Source: Heteronotia binoei
Lineage: Eukaryota
DNA length: 64,000 nt
Assembly (NCBI RefSeq): GCF_032191835.1
Contig: NC_083225.1
Coordinates: 134,168,001 to 134,232,000, forward strand
Direction of reading: 5' to 3'
Part shown: piece after piece, positions 25,080-37,699 of the stretch
Numbering within the stretch: the stretch's first letter is position 1
Layout: each line of letters begins with the position of its first letter
Notes under the pieces: generated by a model
Told to the model about the DNA's origin: nothing
The model's input: only the letters and a program-made list of their open reading frames with translations
Databases searched by the model: none
Made by a program: the position numbers and the translations under genes

Positions 25080-25232
25080 GTTGGTACAATAGACTTTTTA
25101 TAAATTTTGGCCTAAGGAGGCATATTTTCTTTTTTGTTCTACAATCCTATTTCCCATCGATGCTCATGGTGATGCTGTCATGGGTTTCATTTTGGATTGA
25201 CCGAAGAGCTGTTCCTGCTAGAGTATCACTGG
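25080..25232 (+). CDS. GABRR3: GABRR3 exon, M1 and start of M2 (WYNRLFINFGLRRHIFFFVLQSYFP...VPARVSLG)
   Basis: ttcaacag|GT, CTGG|gtaagt; 153 bp. Confidence 0.96.
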
Positions 25233-27992
25233 GTAAGTTCTCTCTGAAAGATGTTTTGGAGTATATTAAGAAAAGACCTTTTGGTGTGTTAAGAAGTGAG
25301 AAAATTAGTTAGCTATACTGGCCTTCCCACAAGCTTGAAGAAGTTGTGTGTCAATAAATAAGAATTAGAGAAACTGCATTATCGTGTTCTTCCTCTGCAC
25401 ATTGACATTTAATTATTGAACAAAGGAACATAACTTCTCTTCCATATTGCTGCTGTACCACAAAGTTGTGTGCTAATCTCAAATGGCCATGAGAACATCA
25501 AACATGCCTGCAAGTAGTCAAGCTTGTCTGTTTAAAATAATTAAAAAACATCAGTCATGCAATTTCTTTTAGAGGACTAACTTTTTTAAAATCACATTTT
25601 ATTGAGGAAGTTGTTCAGTTCCTTCAAACTGTTCTTCAGGTTAAATGTTCAAAAAATCAAGATCAACACAAGTGGGTGGGGAAGAGGAATGGCAGCAGAA
25701 AGAAAAAACTTATGAGAAGAAAAGAAACTCAGCACTCTGTAGTTCTTAACAATATTTAGATGGATACATAGACTGTGTTACCCAGAATGTCAAGAATGAA
25801 TGTGGGCATACAGTAGCGAACAACCAGCTTGTCTGGAAACACAACTGAAGGAAAACATGCCCCACAAAACATGGAGCATGTTTTCAAAAGATTCAGGGAC
25901 AACAAAAACAAACTTTTAATTATGCAAAGATCACCAATCACCCTTGGCCACGTTTCCATATGTACTCCTGTTTTCTGTAAGGCCTTTGAATGAAACAGAT
26001 GGGCTATGGTTGAATAGGACTCAAGGGGCCGGGGGGGGGGGGGGAGGAGACAGTTATATGGAAATTACAGATGGAGCTGCACAGAAGCAAACATCATAAG
26101 TGACAGAAGGGAATAAGGCAGCAGCCAAAGGTAGGGAATATGGGTATAGTCAGCTGGGAATGTTGAGTTGGAGATGGCACTCAACCAGCTTCACATGTTA
26201 TGGCTCTATTTCCATGCATGTTCCTATGATTAGGTAGGCATCTCATGTGATACTGTCATATTCAATAGGTTTTTTTTAAAGAGCTTGGGTTAAGAAACAG
26301 AATTCTTATAGTTTTCCTTATGAATAAAAGTAAGAATGTCCTTTGGAACAGACAAGCAAGGATTTGTTTTGTGGAGCCAGTAAATAAGGCATATGTTTTC
26401 TTTAATTATTCATTAGAGCAGTACCTAGAAACCAAGCAGCTTCTCTCCTTTCTGTTTCTTTCCCCTGTCAAGAATCAATATGGCTAAAGCAAAAAACCCC
26501 CAAACCTTTGGCTTTAATGGACATTTGTGTCCTATCCTGTGAGCCACTGTTTCAACATAGCTGCTCACAGAATCAGGCCATGTTTAATTGCTGAAGATTT
26601 AAAAATGAATGCTTGATTTCCCATTACTCATTAACAGAGCAATATTCCAAGAAGCTGATTGTGTGGTGTCTTGCTGCTTACTTAAGGGATGCTCTTGAGA
26701 GCTGTAAGTTTAAAAACAAAAAAAACAAAAAGCTCACGGAGTTTGTTAACATATTGATTAAGATTCATGGCCTGTACCCTACCACTCTATTATGTGAAGT
26801 CTGAAGCTTCCTTCCAGACTAACAAGCCTTCTTTTAACTTAAAGGGCTCTTCCTGCAATGGAACTTCCTCCAGCCATCGTTTTAAAGCAGGAAACTGTTT
26901 TTTTTTTTTTAAAAAGATACTAGCAAGATGCCTACCATTAAATGATGAGAATGTGCATTAAATGTTAACCTAGAGAGGGGTGGGTAGATGGGTGTCAGCC
27001 CATTTCTTTCCTTTGCCTGGCCTTTCTTTCCTTTGACCCTTGCTTCCTCTTTTCTCTGTCCCTTGGATATGTCAACATTTTCTGCCATCTGGCCTGTACC
27101 TTCAACTGTTTCCCTCATCCATTAACAGTACTGTTCTGCTATACCCCATCCTTGCTGCAGTGTTTGCAAGATGCATAGCAATTAGGTGTCTTTACATAAT
27201 GGAGAAGGATAAGAGTTTTTGTTTCTTGTTGGCTCAAGATATTGGAAAACATAGTTCTGTATTATGATTCTATTTTCAGAAAGTACATCACTTCCAACAA
27301 AGCTATACTGATTTCCAAAGTGAAAGTTTTTCTAATACTGCTTACAAAAACATAATAAATACTTTAACAAAGTTATATGAACATTCAATATATTTGTGTT
27401 TTATCAAAAGTCCATATTTTTCTAAAAATCCACCATGTATCACTAACACATAGGTAATACTTCAAACAGCATATATACAGATTGGAAGCTGTACAAACAG
27501 CTTATATACAGATTGGAACCCAAATATCTATATTTCAGTAATTGACCCTATGGATAGTTGACGATTACTCAGTTCATTTCAGAACCACTGTCCTTTTTAA
27601 AGGTCCCAAATATATCCAACTCTTCTAGTCATGCAACTTCAGCAAGGCTTCCCATATTCTTAAGGTCTGCCATTAGATTGAAACATCACATATGTATGTG
27701 CTCATCACAGAAACACAAAACATTAAACTTCTAACATATGTAGAAACTGTAAAGCTTATGCCAAATTCCTGTAATCAGTCAACTTCAAAGACTCTTCTTT
27801 CAATTGAATATTGCAAGAAGTTCTGGATTCCCCTTACCCTCATGCAACCCAAGATATTCTGCACCCCCCCCCCCGGCCTGTTGATATTTATGAAAATGAG
27901 CTGTATTGAAAGCCCTGATATATCTAATTACAAACAGTCAGAGTGTGGATTAATACAGCTGCAAAATGGAGCTATGGAAAGATGGGGGGGGG

Positions 27993-28312
27993 GCGGAATA
28001 TATATGAGCAGCCAGTGTGATGCAGTAGCAAAAAAAGCTAATGCAATCTTGGGGTGTATCAACAGAAGCATAACATCCAAATCACAATATGTCATAGTCC
28101 TGCTATACACCACATTGGTCAGGCCCCACCTGGAGTATTGTGTGCAGTTCTGGAGGTCTCACTTCAAGGACATGGACAGAATGGAGCAGGTGCAGAGGAT
28201 AGCAATGAGGATGATGGGGGCCTGGAGACCAAGCTCTATGAAGAAAGGCTGATGGACATGGAAATGTTCAGTCCGAGAAGAGGAGGCTGAGGGGGGACAT
28301 GATTGCTCTCTT
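27993..28312 (+). mobile_element. CR1 RT fragment (different subfamily)
   Basis: SQCDAVAKKANAILGCINRS...RPHLEYCVQFW in ORF 27692-28252. Confidence 0.85.
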
Positions 28313-29010
28313 TCTTCATGTTTTCACTAATCTCTTGTTTTTTGTGCCCCAAACTGCCCCAATATTGTTCAGTATGCTGGCCTACAATATAGGTTCCTCA
28401 TGAATACTATGCAGATTTTATTGCTTTCTATTATTTTAATATTTGTGGAATACAAACATATCTGTTTAAGGCAACAAGACAATCAATATAGGAAAGTCTT
28501 TATCTTTAAAAGTTACCTCCTGAGCTGAACCATTACATTGCAGCTTTGCTCCTTCTATGAGAATGCCCTCCTGAACAATTCCGTATTGCACATTTTGTGG
28601 AATAAAGCATGGGTGCCTTCCTAATAGTTTCATAGATTGCTCCACAATGTGGGAATCATCACAGAATCTGCCCCATTAAGAATAATCACACTGAACTAGG
28701 GAACACTTTCCAAGGAGAAGGGGAAGCCAAGCATCTGGCTACCTCAGGTTATTGCCAGTGTTTTCAGGGGAATAGCACTGAAGGTTTGGGGGAAATCCAA
28801 TTATCCCACTAACCTTGCATTGCCACCAAATCAAGTTAGTAGAAAAACGGCAACAACATCGCAAATCTAGAGTGCTCAATTATTCCCTGTGATGTATATT
28901 TTTTGACTAAGGTGGGAAGGAAGGCCATCAACCTTTTGTAAACAGGTGATATTACTGTGTGTACTTTAGCAAAATACAGGAACTAACTGGTATTGCCCTT
29001 TGATTTGTAG

Positions 29011-29207
29011 GTATAACCACTGTGCTTACAATGTCAACCATAATCACAGGAGTAAGTGCCTCAATGCCTCAGGTGTCTTACATAAAAGCTGTGGATATAT
29101 ACTTGTGGATCAGTTTCCTCTTTGTGTTCCTGTCTGTCATTGAATATGCAGCTGTAAATTATCTCACCACAGTGGAAGAACGAAAGCAGCTGAAAAAGAA
29201 AGGGAAG
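29011..29207 (+). CDS. GABRR3: GABRR3 exon, M2-M3 (ITTVLTMSTIITG...EERKQLKKKGK)
   Basis: atttgtag|GT, AAG|gtataa; 197 bp. Confidence 0.96.
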
Positions 29208-29475
29208 GTATAAACCTGCATGTTTCAATCACAAAAAACACCATGTAAATTGAATTGCATACAAACCTCAGTTGTGCAAACAGACGGGCACTTCTGTTCA
29301 CGCAAGGCTGGTATGAGGAGGGGGTGTAGTTTCTGCTAGTTCTGTTTTCTTATTTCAGCCTGTGTTGCATCCCATGATGTTATCAAGGGGTGTCAGATTT
29401 CAATAATAACTTTAGCAGTGTGCAGAGGTCTGCAGTAGGGATGGACTAGAAATGGTAAACAAACAAAAGTTCATC

Positions 29476-30420
29476 ATGAAAATTTTGGCCTGTTCAGTTT
29501 GCAAACTGAGCTTCATAAACTGAAGTACCACAACAAACTTCTCCAAAACTCAGGGAACAGTTGTTTGTTGTTTATGACCCTCTGTACTGCTCTTCACTAG
29601 AAACAGCTGAGAAGTTGGGAGCTCCCCACCGCTCAGCTGTTCAGTTTAAATGGCCCAAGGCCATTTAAACCAGCAGCTGATAGATGATAGAGCCTGCTGT
29701 CTCAGCTGCAGGCTCCCTCATGCGGCCTGGTTGAAAGGGGCTGCAGGAGGGAGCCCAAGACAGCAGAGCCAGCAGGGACAGTTCTCCCCACCAGCTCAGC
29801 AATATTGGGCTCCCTCCTGCAGCCCCTTTAAATTGGGCTGAAAGAGGCAGCCCACAGCTGAGATGGCAGGGAGAGCTCTCCCCACTGTCCAGCTGCAGGC
29901 TCCCTCATTAAGTCCATTTAAAGGGGTTACACCAGGGAGCCAGAGGCAGCTGAGCTGGTGCACAGAGCCTGTTCTGCACCACCCTGGCTGTCTTGGACTC
30001 GCACACTACATCATTTAAAGGCCCGGAAGCCTGCAAGTGCCTCTGGTTCCCTAGCATAGCCCTTTTAAATGGGCTGCACCAACCATGAGAAAAGGAGACA
30101 GGACTAGTGGAGAAGGTGCTTCCCATCTCCCTCCCTCCCCACCAGCTCAGTGGTCTTAGGCTCCCTCATGCAGTTCCTTTAAACTGAGCTGCAAGAGGGA
30201 GTAAGTAGCCCCTTTAAACCAGCTGCACCAGTCATGAGAAAAGGAGACAGGATTGTTGGGGAAGAGGCAACCTATCTCTGTGTCTCCTGGTCACATGGCC
30301 AGGAGAAAGAGGGGCAAATCTCCTGAAAGTGGGAGCATGGGCACAACAGTTTCATGCTCACTAGTGCAGCCCATTTAAAGGGGCTGGATGAGGGAGTCCA
30401 AGACACTGAGCTGGTGGGGA
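29476..30420. repeat. Probable DNA-transposon relic containing an array of palindromic TTTAAA-centred units
   Basis: Nine TTTAAA cores at 29645-30379, many within TGCAGCCC(C/A)TTTAAA(T/G)GGGCTGCA-like context; tagggatg start. Confidence 0.6.
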
Positions 30421-30429
30421 GAACTGTGC

Positions 30430-30760
30430 TAGGGTTGCCAGGTCCAACTCAGGAAATATCTGGGAACCTTGGGGGTGGAGCCAGGAGACCTTGGGGGTAG
30501 AACCAAGAGCAAGGTTGTGACAAGCACCACTGAACTCCAAAGGAAGTTCTGGCCATCACATTTAAGGGAACCACACTCCTTTTAAACAACCCCCCTTCAC
30601 TGGAAATAATGGAGGATGGGGGCACCTTCTTTTGGGGCTCATAGAATTGGAACCCCTGGTCCAATCTTTTTGAAATTGTTTTTTTTTTAGAAGAGGCAAT
30701 GTTATGCTAAAAATCTGATGCCTCTGCCTCAAAAAACAGCCCCTCAGAGACCCATGGATC
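30430..30760. mobile_element. Truncated hAT MITE, 667 family
   Basis: tagggttgccaggtccaactcaggaaatatc; right TIR absent. Confidence 0.8.
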
Positions 30761-32093
30761 TATTCTGCAAGTTAAGCTCTGTTCACAATTATTTGAATCC
30801 AGCCTATTGTGTGCAATAGCCTTGCTTTGTGATGTCTATGCTGTGACTATATTGACTATCAGGTAGACCTTGGGTGCTGATGGATCCTGGAGTTGTTTAA
30901 TGGCCATTTTACCTAGATCTTTGGACTCTTGAGCTTTGACAGCACTTCTTCACAGTCTCTGTTCACACTATTCTTTCACCTGTCTATTCCCAGTTGGGGT
31001 CTCTTGTAATCTTCTTGCCTCTGTGGTTCTCAGTGAGTCCAGGCCCTGATAGTATGTTTTGTCTTATCTATCTATAATTCCTGTCTCTCCTCTCACCCTG
31101 GAAAAAGAACCCCTCCCTTCCCACTGACATTTACATTGCTTTCAAACACACTTTCAATTCACTTCACAATTATATTCTACTTCACTTGCACATGATCTCT
31201 AAAGTGCATTGAAAGGAGTAAAAGTGCATCATTCTGTGTGTGTGTGTGTGCGCAAATGCCTTCCTGTTTGTTTGGACCTTTCTTACTTTCCTATATAGCA
31301 TCAAGTTACGTTCTACCATATTTCCCCTTGTACATAAAGGTGCCAGAGGAAAGAGCTTCCAGTGTACTGTTGCAGCAAAACTGTTATCATGTATCATGAC
31401 TATCATTGATTGCCTGTATATCATTCTACTTAAGGACAAGGCATCATTGTCATTTCTTTGCTTCACTGGTGAGCTGCACCTTGCTATCAGTTGATGTTCA
31501 TGAATTGGTATCCATCTTTATTTTTTTGTAAAGTGAGATATGTACAGAACACAGATTTCCTAGTGGTTTCTCTCTGCACCAGAATGCTATGGTTATTTTT
31601 GATTGACTAGACACATCACATGATAATAGTTACATAATTAGAATATCCATTCTGACAAAAACCAAACATTTTGTTTTTAACAAGCCTTTCCCATTATTCA
31701 CAAAAAATTGCTAACAGTGAATTTTAGACTGTTTTCCCAAATGACACTTCAGAGTGGTATTTGCATGTCCAGTGTCTATAATTAGTATGAAAAATTTAAT
31801 TGGCAAGAATGTAAATTCTTTTTTTACAACTCATATACTTTCTACTTAGCAATATTCATAGGTAAAACATTCCATATGAAAGGACTTATGCAATGCAAAA
31901 CTATGAATGTTTACTCAGAAGATCCCAATTGGTTCAATGAGAAAGACTAAGATTGTAGCCTTGATGTTACTCATGAAAACACCCTTGCTTGTTGATTATT
32001 TTCAACAAGAAAATATTAAAAAGAAAGTCCTGAAATTGCACCAGCACACAAACCTCCTCTTATCCAGTCAATGATAATCATTTTTGTTTTTAG

Positions 32094-32396
32094 GCTGCTG
32101 GAACATATAACATCGATGCAGTGCAAGCAATGGCATTTGATGGCTGTTACCATGACACGGATACTGATATTGACCTGACCACCTATTCTGTCCATTCTGA
32201 AGAGAGCTCAACACGAGGGAGAACACCCAGTATCACCAATCTAGAAGAACCTCGCATAAGGAGGAAAAGATCCTTGAAAGGGAATGTGGGCAGAATTATT
32301 CTGCAGAACAATCATGTCATTGACACATATTCCAGGATTATATTTCCTATTGTATACATCATATTCAACTTTTTTTACTGGGGTTTGTATATATGA
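32094..32396 (+). CDS. GABRR3: GABRR3 last coding exon, M3-M4 loop and M4, TGA stop
   Basis: gttttag|GCT; 303 bp; ends FYWGLYI*. Confidence 0.95.
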   Translation, partial: AAGTYNIDAVQAMAFDGCYHDTDTDIDLTTYSVHSEESSTRGRTPSITNLEEPRIRRKRSLKGNVGRIILQNNHVIDTYSRIIFPIVYIIFNFFYWGLYI

Positions 32397-33074
32397 CAAA
32401 AAGAACTGCAACTGATGGTCTTTGCCTTTGAGCACATCAGAAAATGCATGTTAAAACATGCATGCCACAATCAACACAGGCAATTCAGAGTCAGAAGAAG
32501 AGATTCTGATAACAAAGTGATTTTCTCCCTAACTGTGGAACGTTAACTAAAAAGGAAGCTCCAGCGACTCTCTACATTTCTAAATAAGTGGTTTTTCAAC
32601 TGTGTTGCCTTGCACAGCAGCAGTATGGTACTTCTACTTCTGCAGCTACTCTAGTGACTGTGGTTACATAAGGTTTCCTGCAATGCTGCTGAATAGTTTA
32701 CAATTTATAACATTGCCAATGTTATCCTCTCTTCACACATATTCATCCCTACTCTTGCCTATGTTTTATCATCATCTGTAAGTCAAACCTTAGATGATTT
32801 TCAAAAGCTAATTCTGGTTGTGTGATGAATTATAAATTAACTATTATAAAGGATGGTGGCTGGGTTGGTGCACCCTGTATACTATTAAAGACACAGAATG
32901 TAGGCCAGATTCTTATACTCTACCTAACCCTTAAATATGTGTTGAATGACTGATGATTAGTCATTTTATATGAAGGAGCATAGCCCCCAAGAATCTAAAA
33001 AAAGAAACTCTAGTGGGAATTATATCTGAAATGTGGTGCATTAAAACAATGCAGAACAGTATCAATATCATAGA

Positions 33075-33230
33075 TCAAACTTTGAGTCCAGTGGCACCTT
33101 CACAACCAGCAAGTTTATTCAGAGTGTGAGCTCATACCTTTTATAAACTTTTGTTGGTCTTAAAGGTGCCACTGGACTCAAAATCTGCTCTGCTGCTTCA
33201 GACCAACATGGCTGCCCACCTGGATCTAGT
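33075..33230. mobile_element. Penelope-like pLTR remnant forming an inverted repeat
   Basis: Perfect 20-bp IR tttgagtccagtggcacctt (33081-33100) / aaggtgccactggactcaaa (33163-33182); related fragments near 36370 and 39350. Family name is from recall. Confidence 0.55.
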
Positions 33231-33888
33231 ATCAATACCATATTCACCAAAATTTGAAGAAGTGGCCTTATAGTCTGGCCCTAGGTATGTACTTAGAAGT
33301 GAATGCCACTAGTGTTAGTGGATGTACTTCCACATTACTGTACAGAGGACTGCACTCAATGGAGGTGTGGCATGAAGCTGTGTGCGTCTTTGTGTGAGAT
33401 TTTAAAAACAGAAAAAACGAGCTTGAGGGCTGCAGGTAGGTGGAGGTGGAGCAAGAATGGGCTACTTAACCTTTTTTCCTCTCTGCTCAAGACACCTTCC
33501 ACCAACTTCTTATTTTTGGGGGGGGGGGGGGGCGCTGGGGGAATATTATGGGAAAGATACGTGTATCTGTTGTCCCATTTAAGCTTGGACCGTGAGTTCA
33601 GGTAGTTTCCCAATTTGATATAAAATTGACATTGTTTGAGAACCAAAGTACACTTACACAAGAGATTAGTTCTCCTGACACTTTAAGGCTTCAAGGTTGT
33701 TTGTGTGTGGTAGGTTACAGTTCTTAATAGGATCTGGGGTGCAATGATAAAAGGAGCAAAACCCTTTCCTCCATGTACCATTTTCTGGATGAAGGATCAT
33801 CTGAAGCTGCCATTATTCATTTAAAATACAAACCACCTCTCAACCTGCTTCCAAGGTTTACAGCAAGATAATTTTTAAAAAAAATAGG

Positions 33889-34149
33889 AAAAAGGAAAGG
33901 TCCTCTGTGCAAGCACCAATTGTTTCTGACTCTGGGGAGATGGCAGACTTTTTACGGGGTGGTTTGCCATTGCCTTCCCCAATCAGTCATCTAGACTTTC
34001 CCCTCAGCAAGCTGGGTACTCATTTTAACCAGCTGAGTTAACCCCGAGCTGGCTACCTGAAAACCCAGCTTCCGCCAGGGATCGAACTCAGGTAATGAGC
34101 AGAGCTTAGGACTGCAGTACTACAGCTTTAACATTCTGTGCCACGGGGC
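33889..34149 (-). mobile_element. Sauria-type SINE with internal deletions
   Basis: Collinear with 4992-5296. Confidence 0.85.
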
Positions 34150-36879
34150 AATTTCATAACATAAAACAAACAAGCAAAGGTTAAAACAATGCTTAAAAGC
34201 CAGCACAATTACTGTTCAGCACTATTACAGTAAAACAGTAAGTATAATTAAAAGCCTGGGAGAATTTCACAATGCTTCAAATGTTAAAGAGCAAGTGTCA
34301 GGTGCATAGCTGCAGGGAAGCAATTCACAGGTAAAGGAACTATTTGTTAGGTTGAGGAAAACAGGCTAGCAGCTTTTGAGGGAGCAAGTAATTTCAAATG
34401 AGCAAGCCATTTCAAATGGAAGAGGGGTTAAACACCCCTTCTTCCAATGCCAGGGACCTGATTCAATGCCTCCTTCTCCCCAGGGCGCTTTGAAGCCATA
34501 AGAAAACAGGTATCTGATCACAAATGTACAGATTTGCCATAATCAATGGTCATTAGAAAGGTCATAAGGATGCTGCAGTCACATATTGTTAAGAAGGAAA
34601 GGAAAAAGTAATGGGACAATATTAGTATTGAAAAGATGTTTCACACAATAACCTTGAATAGATATGAAGTGCTACAGAAGTCTTTTTTGCACAAATGAGT
34701 AATCCTGCCACTCTATATTGATCTCAATACCTCTTTGGGCACCATGTTAGAATTTTGGATGGGCTTGCTTTTGGGAACACCAAGAATTCCATCTTGGGTA
34801 TTAACCATGTATTAAACAAATGATGCAATACAGTTGTCTGCTTACTCAAATTAATACAGGCTGCATCCATATGGAGCTTTTGCTCCAGTTTTGTGTCTAA
34901 ATTAGAGTGTGTTGGAGGTGTGTGTGTTGGACATCATCCCCTAATCATCCATTTTCCATGTTTCCTCTCCACTTTGTTACAATTTTCCCCAAGTCCAGTT
35001 AAATAGGATCTTTGGGGGGAAAATATTAATCATCCTTCACAAAAGGTGTATTTTTTCAGGTCCTACTTGCCTCAGCACCACTGTCCTTGCCCAAGCCCTC
35101 TGCAGTTGCTATCTCCACCACTTGAGGGCTTTTAATATGGAAAATGACATTTCACTACAGCATGGATGCATCAATTACTAATTTTAAAAAAGAGCCCTCT
35201 GGCAGGAGGGACTGATGACTGCAGAGGCTGGAGGTGGATGGGGGCTGAAGCAAGGAAAGACTAGGAAATGCTATGCGTTCACAGTAGCTGCTGAAGGAAC
35301 AGGGGAAATCATCACCATGTTGATGTAGCCTGTGTCTTCCTTCTTAGTTGCAATTACTATTACAAGCGCTGAGGGAAAACCCATTGACTATATTAGAACT
35401 GCTCCAAAATAATGTACCTTACAATATCATATGAAATTAATTTCATATGAAAACTGAGATACCAACATGGCATAATATATAGATATTTACTCACTAGTGA
35501 GCTAAAAATAAAAGAAGGCACCTTCTAAAGTGTATTTTCACTTTTATGGTTAACAAGGATTAGTCTTCCAGTACAGTGAAGGTTACTAATTATGTTCCTA
35601 AATATAATTTTTTTAAAGAGTTGGTAAAACTGTACAAAGACTGCTATAGCTGAATGTGTGACTTTATACAGCCAAAAACATGCATGTGCTAATGTGGCTT
35701 TGATACTCTTCACTAGGCTGGGTTGGAAAATACAATCCTGTAGTTAGAGAACACAATGCTGCCTGATCCTATGTTTCCTTACTTGGAAGTAAATCCCACT
35801 GTTTTCAATAGGTCTTCCAACCAAATATCCATAAGTCTTTAGACAGCGATGAAAGCCTTGTGCAGCTAAGTGTCAGAATTAGCAGACTGATTATACAAAT
35901 TTCATCAAACTTTTAATCATGGCATTTTAAATTCTCATATCTTACCTTTACTAAAAATGCAAAGGAATCTTGTGGCACCCTAAAGGCAACAAATTTACTG
36001 TGTTCTAGTCCAGAAATATTTATTTCACAATAAAGCTGTTCAGCTGACACAACTTCCCCACTTGAATTCTACACGATGTAATCTATCAGAGACCTAAATA
36101 TCTCAATGGGCATTTGTAAAACAAACTGTAACCAGACTAAACAGCATTTTCCCTGTTCCCTTTTCCTTATTAAGTCTTACTGCATTTTAGCAGTAGTTTT
36201 ATGGCACCTTTACAACACCTGGCAAACAATGAGTCAGGAGACACAGTCTGCTTTCCATTTTGGCCAAGTATGCTACAATTTTCTGCTGTGCTCCAGAATC
36301 AATCAATCAATCCGTCCATCCATCAATCAGGATACATATAAGTTTGAGTCAAAAGCTTATACCCAGAATTAAACTTAATTGGTCTTAAAGGTATCACTGG
36401 ACTCAAACTTTGTTCTGCTGCTCAGACCAACTTGGCTACTCACTTGGAACTACCAATATAGAAAAGTGTTTGCTTTTCTCTATTCATTTTAAGTTTTACT
36501 GGATCTTGTATGATACTTTCTTTGGAGAATAAATATTTTACAGCTAAGCAAGTGTGTCTGTTCTACTATTCTCATTACACAATACTCTCTGAGCTTATTT
36601 ATTCCCACCTCAAAATTTGTGGCTGTAAGCTCTGCTTAGGAAACTTTAGACCAGAGGTGGCCAAACTGTGGCTCAGGAGCCACACGTGGTTCTTTCAAAC
36701 ATATTGTGTGGCTCTTGAAGCCCTCACTGCCCCATCAGTCAGCTTGGAGAAGGCATTACTCTCTTTAAATCACTTCTCCAAGCCAAGCCAGCCAGCAGCT
36801 TAGAGAATGCATTTAAAGTTAAGATTGCCTTCTTCCCACCTCCCCTTATTTGCCTTCCTTCCAGCTCTTAACCATCTGA

Positions 36880-37414
36880 ACATAAGAGAAACCATGTTGG
36901 ATCAGGCCAACAGCCCATCCAGTCTGACACTCTGGGTCACACAGTGGCCAAAAAAACCAGGTGCCATCAGGAGGTCCATCAGTGGAGCCAGGACACTAGA
37001 AGCCCTCCCACTGTGCCCCCCACCAACAAGAATACAGAGCATCACTGCCACAGCCAGAGAGATCCAACAATTTTTGTTGTGCAGTCGAGTCCGACTCTTT
37101 GCAACCCCATGGACCAAACCATGCCAGGCCCTCCTGTCTTCCACCATCCTCCGAACCCTGTGGCTAATAGCCACTGATGGACCCCTACTGCTCCATGTTT
37201 ATCCAATCCTCTCTTGAAGCTTGCTATGCTTGCAGCTGTCACCACCTCTGTGGCAGTGAATTCCACGTGTTAATCACCCTTTGGATGAAGAAGTACTTCC
37301 TTTTATCAATTCTAACATGATTGCTCAGCAATTTCATTGAATGCCCATGAGTTCTTGTATTGTGAGAAAGGGAGAAAAGTACTTCTTTCTTTACCTTTTC
37401 TCTATCATGCATAA
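36880..37414 (-). mobile_element. CR1 3' end nested in the MITE
   Basis: ORF 37239-37427 (HNTRTHGHSMKL...WNSLPQ), CR1 tail, 6-bp flanking duplication ATCTGA. Confidence 0.88.
37071..37157 (-). mobile_element. RTE/BovB-like 3' tail fragment inside the CR1 3' UTR
   Basis: RC reads gcctggcatggtttggtccatggggttgcaaagagtcggactcgactgcacaac; absent from the homologous CR1 tail at 60420-60480. Confidence 0.75.
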
Positions 37415-37699
37415 ATCTGATGTTCATATCTTGCAGCTCTCAAACATCTGACATATATTCTATGTGGCTCTTACGTTAAGCAAGTGTGGCCATCCCTGCT
37501 TTAGACAAAGAGGGAGCAAACTGTGCTACTGCCGGCACAAAAGCAGCAGCAGAATCCCTCAGGCCTCAGCTTCGGCTACTTCTCCGGCCAGCCCCCTGAA
37601 CATAATACTTTGTTTTACTAAAACTGTGTTTTAAGTAATGTCAAAACCTAAACGAAAGCCTTGCAGAGTAGACAAGCCTGCAGAAGGCATTTCTCAACC

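Larger units (their letters stand above)
2571..32396 (+). other. GABRR3: GABA-A receptor rho-3 subunit gene, 5'-incomplete: join(2571-2683,12848-12915,17657-17880,21226-21308,22340-22480,25080-25232,29011-29207,32094-32396), 426 aa in window
   Basis: The spliced translation gives a Cys-loop receptor: Cys loop CFMDFTRFPLDTQNC, loop C FYSSTGWY, M2 VPARVSLGITTVLTMSTIITG, M3 DIYLWISF, M4 IDTYSRIIFP...YWGLYI*. All introns are GT-AG and phases match. Assigned to rho3 from STKVRP..EQLLRIEDHDF, the long last exon and adjacency to RIOX2 (recalled human synteny). Confidence 0.93.
36652..37498. mobile_element. hAT (Charlie-type) MITE interrupted by CR1
   Basis: cagaggtggccaaact / agtgtggccatccctg; perfect 8-bp TSD CTTTAGAC. 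Confidence 0.88.

Noticed and set aside
26027-26045. Poly-G/C runs as G-quadruplex elements (also about 272, 5120, 23291, 33518)
   Set aside because: Simple homopolymers, mostly within repeats and of unreliable length in assemblies; no functional evidence.
29640-30385. CRISPR-like array
   Set aside because: Repeats are degenerate, in mixed orientation and irregularly spaced, the spacers share repeats, the context is eukaryotic and there are no cas genes.
33100-33165. Hammerhead ribozyme in Penelope-like remnants (also about 36340 and 39320)
   Set aside because: The CTGANGA...GAAA core is deleted or degenerate in every copy.
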